NCBI GenBank assembly: GCA_030649335.1
Contig: JAUSLL010000015.1
Coordinates: 57,746 to 121,745, forward strand
Length of the DNA stretch: 64,000 bases
Reading direction: 5' to 3'
From: Parvibaculum sp.
GTDB taxonomy: Bacteria > Pseudomonadota > Alphaproteobacteria > Parvibaculales > Parvibaculaceae
Every line of letters starts with the position of its first letter. Positions within the stretch are counted from its first letter, which is position 1. The notes beneath the pieces were generated by a model that worked only from the letters and a program-made list of their open reading frames with translations, searched no databases and was not told where the DNA came from. Positions 57,538-64,000 of the stretch are shown piece after piece. A program made the position numbers and the translations under genes.

Positions 57538-59415
57538 ATGACACTTGCTCAGAAGGCCGCCCAGAACGGGCGGAGTGGCGAAGAATGCCAGGTCAACAGG
57601 GCGAGTGAGGCGAAAGTGGACGGAGACGCGCAGAGCGCTGCCAAAACGGCGAGAGAATTGGCTGAGAATCTTCGTGCTCACAGCACGACGGATTCCAAGT
57701 CGGTAGGCGTCACACGTGGCAATATCAATGATAGTGAACTCATTTCCTCTGCCGCGAACGCTTTGGGCGATATCGCTTATCGCTGGGATGTGACCTCAGA
57801 TCGAATTTTTTGGGCAGAAGGGGCCGCGCAGGCTCTGGGCTATGCGCAACCGTCAGAAATTGCGACGGAGTCCTTCTATACCAAACGCGTATTGTGCCAA
57901 AAAGGTGCAAGCCGGTTTGATATAATCACAAATTCAGAATTGGCCGATGACGGCAATGGCGTGCGCTACGAGCTTGAATATCAAATCAAGAACGAGCGCG
58001 GCGAATTGCATTGGTACGAGGATCGCGGTCGTTGGTTTGCCAATGCCGAAGGGTGCCCGGCCACTGCCATTGGTGTTTTGCGGTTGATTGATGATCGGCG
58101 CAACCGCGACGACCGTCTCGTGCGCCTTTCCACTTATGATGATCTGACGGGTTTGTTTACCCGCGCGCGGATCAAGGACGCGCTGGACGAAACCATTGCG
58201 GCGACAACGCGCAATCGTGGTGCGGGTGCCTTTATTCTGCTCGCCGTCGATAATCTCTCGCTCGTCAATGAATCCTACGGGTTTGACGTCGCTGACGAAG
58301 TGATCGTCGGTGTTGGTCAGCGGCTGCGCGGGTTGGCGCGTCGCGCCGATGCGGTCGGGCGCTATTCCGGCAATAAATTTGGTCTGGTGCTCGCGCATTG
58401 CGATAAGGAACGGCTTGCAAGTGTCACCGAGCGGCTTCTTGCATCTGTGCGCGATCTGGCCATTCAAACATCGCGCGGACCGGTTGCTGTGACCATTTCG
58501 GCAGGCTGCATTGCCCTGCCGGCGCATGCGCAAACGGTCGAGCAGGCGCTTTCCAATGCGGAGGAAGCCCTCACGGTTGCCAAGCAAATGCACCGCGACA
58601 GCTATGTGGTCTATTCGCCGTCGCGCGAGCGCGAAAATACGCGTCAGCGTAATATGAATGTGACCGATGAACTTGTGGCGGCCCTAAATGAACGTCGCAT
58701 TCGCATCGCCTATCAGCCGATTGTATCGTCTGTCACAGGTGAAGTGGTGATGCACGAGTGTCTCGTACGTCTGGTGCAGCACGACGGGACGATTGCGGCG
58801 GCAGGTGATTTTGTGCCGGTTGCCGAGAAACTCGGCTTGATAGGGCTCATTGATTTCCGCGTGATGGAGCTTGCGCTTGATGCTTTGCGCGAACATCCCG
58901 AAGTGCATCTCTCGCTCAATGTGTCAGGTCGCACGGCCAGCGATCATATGTGGCTCGACACGCTGGTTGCTCAATTGCGTTCCGACCGCACGCTGGCGGC
59001 CCGTCTGACGGTTGAAATCACCGAGACGATGGCGCTGCATGAAATTCCGGGCTCGGCAGACTTTGTAACGACATTGCGCGAGCTTGGTTGTCAGGTGGCG
59101 ATTGATGATTTCGGTGCGGGCTATACGTCGTTCCGCAATCTGCAAGCCATCGCCGTTGATCTCGTCAAGATCGATGGTTCTTTCGTCAAAGACCTTCTGT
59201 CCAATCGCGACAACCAGTTCTTTGTGCGCACGCTCGTGGAGCTTGCTCATAATTTCAATTTGCCGATTGTGGCCGAGTGGGTCGGCAATTCGGAAGAAGT
59301 CGCCATGCTGCGTGATTTCGGCGTCGAATATCTGCAGGGCTTTTTCCTCGGCGAACCCGTGATGGAACTTCCCAACACACAGTGCCTTGGTTTCTCGCAG
59401 GCCAAATCCGCCTGA
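57538..59415 (+). CDS. PAS-GGDEF-EAL protein; degenerate GGDEF, likely c-di-GMP phosphodiesterase
   Basis: YDDLTGLFTR, GRYSGNKFG (in place of GGDEF), HECLVRL, EITET, IDDFGAGY, VKIDGSFV, YLQGF. Confidence 0.9.
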   Translation: MTLAQKAAQNGRSGEECQVNRASEAKVDGDAQSAAKTARELAENLRAHSTTDSKSVGVTRGNINDSELISSAANALGDIAYRWDVTSDRIFWAEGAAQALGYAQPSEIATESFYTKRVLCQKGASRFDIITNSELADDGNGVRYELEYQIKNERGELHWYEDRGRWFANAEGCPATAIGVLRLIDDRRNRDDRLVRLSTYDDLTGLFTRARIKDALDETIAATTRNRGAGAFILLAVDNLSLVNESYGFDVADEVIVGVGQRLRGLARRADAVGRYSGNKFGLVLAHCDKERLASVTERLLASVRDLAIQTSRGPVAVTISAGCIALPAHAQTVEQALSNAEEALTVAKQMHRDSYVVYSPSRERENTRQRNMNVTDELVAALNERRIRIAYQPIVSSVTGEVVMHECLVRLVQHDGTIAAAGDFVPVAEKLGLIGLIDFRVMELALDALREHPEVHLSLNVSGRTASDHMWLDTLVAQLRSDRTLAARLTVEITETMALHEIPGSADFVTTLRELGCQVAIDDFGAGYTSFRNLQAIAVDLVKIDGSFVKDLLSNRDNQFFVRTLVELAHNFNLPIVAEWVGNSEEVAMLRDFGVEYLQGFFLGEPVMELPNTQCLGFSQAKSA

Positions 59416-59431
59416 TCCGAGCGCTCAAACA

Positions 59432-59472
59432 AAAACGGCCTGACTTGGCATAGCGCCCGGTCAGGCCGTTTT
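59432..59472. terminator. Bidirectional terminator
   Basis: aaaacggcctgac ... gtcaggccgtttt. Confidence 0.8.
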
Positions 59473-59489
59473 CATTTGAAATTATGTGA

Positions 59490-60110
59490 TTACTTCTTGG
59501 ACAGTTTTTCGAGCTGGGCCTGCATGGCTGCCAATTGGCGCTTCAGATCGTCAAGCTCGCTTGTCGCGCCGCTGTCTGCGCCCGCTGCCGATTTATCATT
59601 GTCAGCTTCGGGACCATCGCTCTTGTCACCGCGGTTACGGTTGCTGAAGGGCGAGAACATGCGGATCGCGCCATCAAAGACCGCGAAGTTTTGTCTGATC
59701 TGTTCTTCGAACTGACCCAGACGCGCTGTGCCGCCAAAGGCGCTGGCGATTTTTGTGCGCAGCTTTTCCTGCTCGCGCGAGAAGCTATCCATGCTGAGTT
59801 CGAGATAGGAGGGGATCAGCCCCTGCAGGCTGTCACCATAAAAGCGAATGAGTTGACGGAGAAATTTGATCGGCAGAAGGTTCTGGCCGCTCTTGCCTTC
59901 TTCTTCGAAAATGATCTGCGCCAGCACCGAGCGTGTGATGTCTTCACCGGTCTTGGCGTCATGGACGGTGAATTCCTGACCTGCCTTCACCATCGTGCAA
60001 AGGTGATCCAGCGTCACGTAACTTGAAGTTGCGGTGTTATAAAGCCGCCGGTTTGCGTATTTTTTGATGACAATCGTGTCACCGGCCGTGGAGGCGGATT
60101 TTTTTGCCAC
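59490..60110 (-). CDS. phaR: Polyhydroxyalkanoate synthesis repressor PhaR
   Basis: IKKYANRRLYNTATSSYVTL, DAKTGEDITRSVLAQII, LLPIKFLRQLIRFYG. Confidence 0.96.
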   Translation of the reverse strand: MAKKSASTAGDTIVIKKYANRRLYNTATSSYVTLDHLCTMVKAGQEFTVHDAKTGEDITRSVLAQIIFEEEGKSGQNLLPIKFLRQLIRFYGDSLQGLIPSYLELSMDSFSREQEKLRTKIASAFGGTARLGQFEEQIRQNFAVFDGAIRMFSPFSNRNRGDKSDGPEADNDKSAAGADSGATSELDDLKRQLAAMQAQLEKLSKK

Positions 60111-60257
60111 GGTTTCAATTCTCCACTCTAGGCAACATGCCGATCCGGGACGCGGACCTTTGTTGTTGCGACCTTATTGCTGAGGTCTTTGTTACTGCGG
60201 TCTTTGTCTGTGCCCGGGATTCCCCTGTTCAGTCGGGACATTGTGACGCGGTATTGT

Positions 60258-60291
60258 TGCAATGCGCAAGCCCCGCGTTTGCATTGCACAG
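60258..60291. promoter_or_regulatory. Probable PhaR operators
   Basis: TGCAATGCGCAA (60258) and TGCATTGCACAG (60280) in the phaR/phaA divergent region; TGC-rich, like described PhaR sites. Confidence 0.65.
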
Positions 60292-60408
60292 AAATCCATT
60301 TACCCCATATCGCCGCTGGGGCATTGTGCGTGAAAAGCGCAGCCTCGATAGCGCGACAAGACAGGCCCTTGGCCATTGCGCCACGGCACTCAAATCAGGG
60401 ACAGAACC

Positions 60409-61599
60409 ATGAGCAAATCCGAAATTGATGTGGTGATCGTTGGTGCGGCACGGACGCCTGTTGGCTCGTTCAACGGCGTTTTGTCGTCTTTGCCCGCGCA
60501 TGAGCTGGGCACGATTGCGATCAACGCGGCGCTGGATCGCGCGGGCGTGAACAAGGATCAGGTGTCGGAAGTCATCATGGGCCAGATCCTGCAGGCCGGT
60601 GAAGGCCAGAATCCGGCGCGTCAGGCCTCGATCAATGCCGGTCTGCCTGTGGAAGTGCCCGCCTGGAGCGTCAACCAGCTTTGCGGTTCGGGCCTTCGCG
60701 CTGTAGCGCTCGGCTTTCAGGCCATTGCCAATGGTGACAGCGATGTTGTCGTGGCCGGTGGTCAGGAGAGCATGAGCATGGCACCGCATGCAGCTTATCT
60801 GCGTTCGGGCACCAAGATGGGCGACATGAAATTTGTCGATACCATGATCAAAGACGGGCTGTGGGATGCGTTCCACGGTTATCACATGGGGCAAACTGCC
60901 GAGAACGTTGCCGCGCGCTGGCAGATCACGCGCGAGGAACAGGACGCTTTTGCGGTGGCCTCGCAGAACAAGGCGGAAGCCGCGCAGAAGTCCGGTCGCT
61001 TCAAGGACGAAATCGTGCCGGTCACGATCAAGGGTCGCAAGGGCGACACGGTGGTCTCCGAAGATGAATATATTAAAGCAGGCGTGACAATCGAAGGCAT
61101 CTCCGGCCTCAAGCCTGCCTTCCAGAAAGAGGGCGGCTCGGTGACGGCGGCCAACGCCAGTGGCATCAATGACGGTGCGGCTGCCGTTGTGCTGATGAGC
61201 GCCGAGCGCGCCAAAGCCGAGGGCCGTAAGGTGCTCGGGCGCATCGTTTCATGGGCGCAGGCCGGTGTTGATCCGGCCATCATGGGCACAGGCCCCATTC
61301 CTGCCTCGCGTGCGGCGCTCAAAAAAGCCGGCTGGTCGGTCGGTGATCTGGATCTTGTTGAAGCCAATGAAGCCTTTGCAGCGCAGGCACTGGCCGTCAA
61401 CAAGGACCTCGGCTGGGATACGGCCAAGGTCAATGTCAACGGCGGTGCCATTGCCATCGGCCACCCGATTGGCGCGTCAGGCGCACGTGTGCTGGTGACG
61501 CTGTTGCATGAAATGGAAAAGCGCGATGCCAAGAAGGGTCTTGCGACACTTTGCATCGGCGGCGGTATGGGCATTGCCCTTTGCGTTGAGCGGGCTTAA
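60409..61599 (+). CDS. phaA: Acetyl-CoA acetyltransferase (beta-ketothiolase)
   Basis: [39 protein letters not shown]. Confidence 0.95.
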   Translation: MSKSEIDVVIVGAARTPVGSFNGVLSSLPAHELGTIAINAALDRAGVNKDQVSEVIMGQILQAGEGQNPARQASINAGLPVEVPAWSVNQLCGSGLRAVALGFQAIANGDSDVVVAGGQESMSMAPHAAYLRSGTKMGDMKFVDTMIKDGLWDAFHGYHMGQTAENVAARWQITREEQDAFAVASQNKAEAAQKSGRFKDEIVPVTIKGRKGDTVVSEDEYIKAGVTIEGISGLKPAFQKEGGSVTAANASGINDGAAAVVLMSAERAKAEGRKVLGRIVSWAQAGVDPAIMGTGPIPASRAALKKAGWSVGDLDLVEANEAFAAQALAVNKDLGWDTAKVNVNGGAIAIGHPIGASGARVLVTLLHEMEKRDAKKGLATLCIGGGMGIALCVERA

Positions 61600-61647
61600 A
61601 CGCTGAGCCGGATATCGCTCATTAGATCGAATACGGAGAGAATGAAA

Positions 61648-62373
61648 ATGTCGAAAGTAGCCATCGTCACCGGCGGAACGCGCGGCATCGGCGCGGCGAT
61701 CTCAATCGCGCTTAAAGACGCCGGTCACACGGTTGCCGCCAATTATGCAGGCAATGACGCGGCGGCGGCGGCTTTCAGCAAAGAAAACGGCATTGCCACT
61801 TTCAAGTGGGACGTGAGCGATTATGAAGCTTGTGTCGCAGGCATTGCAGCCGTTGAAGCCAAACTCGGTGCGGTTGATATTCTCGTCAACAATGCGGGCA
61901 TCACGCGCGATGCGATGCTCCACAAGATGACAGTGCAGATGTGGCGCGAAGTCATCGCCACCGATCTCGACAGTGTTTTCAACATGACGCAGCCGCTCAT
62001 CACGGGCATGCGTGATCGCGGTTTTGGCCGCATCATCAATATCTCGTCGATCAACGGCCAGAAGGGCCAGATGGGTCAAACGAATTACTCCGCTGCCAAG
62101 GCCGGTCTCGTCGGCTTCAGCAAAGCCTTGGCGCAGGAAGTCGCGCGCAAGGGCGTCACGGTCAATGTGATTGCGCCCGGCTATATCGACACGGAAATGC
62201 TCGCCGCTGTGCCGCCCAAAGTGATGGAAAGCATCGTTGCCTCGATCCCTCTCGGACGTCTTGGCGATGTCAGCGAAATCGCGCATTGCGTGACGTTTTT
62301 GGCCGACGAGAAGTCAGCCTTCATCACCGGCACGACACTGACCTGCAACGGCGCCCAGTATATTTCAGGCTAA
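61648..62373 (+). CDS. phaB: Acetoacetyl-CoA reductase
   Basis: TGGTRGIG, NNAGITRD, SSINGQKGQMGQTNYSAAKAG; start could be 61642. Confidence 0.96.
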   Translation: MSKVAIVTGGTRGIGAAISIALKDAGHTVAANYAGNDAAAAAFSKENGIATFKWDVSDYEACVAGIAAVEAKLGAVDILVNNAGITRDAMLHKMTVQMWREVIATDLDSVFNMTQPLITGMRDRGFGRIINISSINGQKGQMGQTNYSAAKAGLVGFSKALAQEVARKGVTVNVIAPGYIDTEMLAAVPPKVMESIVASIPLGRLGDVSEIAHCVTFLADEKSAFITGTTLTCNGAQYISG

Positions 62374-62397
62374 GACTGAATATTTCGGGCTAAGTCT
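62360..62397. repeat. 20-bp-period duplication holding the stops of two convergent genes
   Basis: atatttcaggctaagact / atatttcgggctaagtct (16/18). Confidence 0.75.
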
Positions 62398-63007
62398 TTT
62401 TAGCTTTCAGCTGCTCACGGTCATATTCCTCGGCGCGGTCTAGGCGACCGTGCTGGGGCCAGAGCCACGTGTCCGGCGGGCCGACATCCACATGCACAAA
62501 GGGCGCTTTGACGGGGTAAAAACCTGCTCCGCCGCGCCCGAGTTTTTTGGCGACACGGTAGATCATGCCGGGGTCGGCGAAATCCTGTGTCAGGTCCATG
62601 GCCATGCCGAGCATGTGGAAGCTTGACGGGTCAACGGCATCCGAACGCGAGGCGAGCCATTCATTGGTGGAGTGCGAGCGGAAACCGGACATGGTGTAGA
62701 GCGGCGCTTTGCTCGGCGTCAGCTGGTCGATGTCGTACATGAGATCGAGCAGGTCTGTGCTCATCTCGGTTTGCTCGTTGGAGCGCAGATCGCGCATGAA
62801 ATAATTGATACTCTTCAACGCGCCATCGATGTATTGGCCGTCGGCCCAATAGGTCACCTTCAGCTTTTCGCCCGAATTGAGTGATTGCATGTTGAGGCTG
62901 CGCTTGTAGGGCGCGTCGGCGCGCAGGATCGAGGGCGCGGCCACAAAGGCTGCTGCGGAAGCGGTGAGCACCAATGCGCTGCGGCGGGTGATGAGTTTTT
63001 TCGTCAC
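62390..63007 (-). CDS. YcbK/DUF882 (peptidase M15-like) protein with a Tat signal
   Basis: ITRRSAL; YFMRDLRS, MSGFRS, SFHMLGMAMD, FVHVDVG. Confidence 0.88.
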   Translation of the reverse strand: MTKKLITRRSALVLTASAAAFVAAPSILRADAPYKRSLNMQSLNSGEKLKVTYWADGQYIDGALKSINYFMRDLRSNEQTEMSTDLLDLMYDIDQLTPSKAPLYTMSGFRSHSTNEWLASRSDAVDPSSFHMLGMAMDLTQDFADPGMIYRVAKKLGRGGAGFYPVKAPFVHVDVGPPDTWLWPQHGRLDRAEEYDREQLKAKKT

Positions 63008-63906
63008 GGTAATGTGGTCCTCATGTCGGAAGAGGTGTCAGCAAGACTGCGATGCTGCGGCTTCGGCGCGAGCTGTACGAAGCTGTAGCCGCGTTTTTGG
63101 AGCGTCACAATGAAGCGTGAAAGCATGTCGGCGGTGTGCGGTTTGGTATCATGCAGAATGAGAATGCCGCGCCCCTCACTTTCGATGGCCGAAATTCCGC
63201 GCCTGTAGACACTATCGGCATTGATGCGCTTCCAGTCGTCCGCTCCGAAGGAGCATGAGAGCGTGGCTATATCCTGTTCACCGAGCCAGGTGATGAGCGA
63301 CTTCTTGTCGTTGAGACCCGGAAAGCGAAAGAAAGGCGCAAGAGCCGCGCGCTCTGCCGCCGGTGCGCCGACAAGCGCCTGACGCACGGCATCAAACCCC
63401 TTGGTGATTTCCGCTTTGGCGCGTGTTTCGGACAAGTGCCGCAGATTATTGGGGTGCGTATTGGTATGCGTGCCGATCACATGTCCGCGGCGTGCCACTT
63501 CGCGCACCAGATCAGGCCGCGCCTTGGCGTAAACGCCGACCATGAAAAAAGTCGCCTTGATGCAGTGCTTGTCGAGAATATCGAGGATGCGCGGCGTCGT
63601 TTTCGGGTCCGGTCCGTCGTCAAATGTCAGCGCCACTTCCTTGTGTTTGAGGCCGCCGCCATTTTGATACTGCATGGTGCCGATGGTCGGCCCGCCCTTG
63701 GCGTCGATGATGACGCGCGGCGTCACCGCCGGTGCGTGTTTGTCGGTGGGGCAAACGGCTGAAGCGGCTTGAAGGGGGGCGTCCACAGGACGTGCGTTGG
63801 CATGGCCCGCAAAAACCACTGCGGCGCTCACCAAGATCGCGCTGACATAAAACCGGAATAACACTTTCAGCCCCGTTGCTGGTCGCCCCGGGGTCAAGCC
63901 TAGCAC
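63004..63906 (-). CDS. Exported NodB-type polysaccharide deacetylase
   Basis: LTFDDGP, HTNTH, FFRFPG, ILHD; exact start uncertain. Confidence 0.9.
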   Translation of the reverse strand: MLGLTPGRPATGLKVLFRFYVSAILVSAAVVFAGHANARPVDAPLQAASAVCPTDKHAPAVTPRVIIDAKGGPTIGTMQYQNGGGLKHKEVALTFDDGPDPKTTPRILDILDKHCIKATFFMVGVYAKARPDLVREVARRGHVIGTHTNTHPNNLRHLSETRAKAEITKGFDAVRQALVGAPAAERAALAPFFRFPGLNDKKSLITWLGEQDIATLSCSFGADDWKRINADSVYRRGISAIESEGRGILILHDTKPHTADMLSRFIVTLQKRGYSFVQLAPKPQHRSLADTSSDMRTTLP

Positions 63907-64000
63907 TGTTCCATAATGGGAAAAACGACGTTTCGGGCTTTATTTTCCGGGTTTCCAGCCCTTGGGGGCCATTTCAAAGCCCGCGAAGTCGAAGCCGGGC

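Overview
This 64-kb window looks like core chromosome of a GC-rich alphaproteobacterium, Parvibaculum-like by gene content (inference, not a database result). I found no rRNA, tRNA, CRISPR array, transposase, integrase or phage genes. In order it holds: the end of a chemotaxis operon (cheA-REC, W, Y, Z, B, R); a liv branched-chain amino acid ABC operon; a single-chain acyl-CoA carboxylase with MarR, amidohydrolase, TauD and crotonase genes; exported msrB/msrA; a stand-alone MMPL/RND transporter; a TetR-controlled RND pump; a TetR-VOC-FAH-flavin monooxygenase catabolic module; Rrf2 with a sulfate ABC transporter; thiolase and MerR; an isolated PotA-like ATPase; map, DUF2061, Nudix, ald, SPOR, rpmF; pabBAC; SDR and crotonase; a GGDEF-EAL protein; phaR/phaA/phaB; and a DUF882 peptidase with a polysaccharide deacetylase. 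The best candidate for a new system is an easily missed ORF (23007-23447). It has a signal peptide and a C-terminal RAPP ribosome-arrest-like motif, its Pro-Pro codons form one arm of an RNA hairpin, and it lies upstream of the MMPL/RND gene. Also notable are recurrent 19-31 bp tandem duplications of gene 3' ends and terminators (one with a compensatory stem change), hairpins with the stop codon in the loop, three families of REP-like palindromes, and several readable operators (Fur-like, Rrf2, TetR x2, MarR, PhaR).
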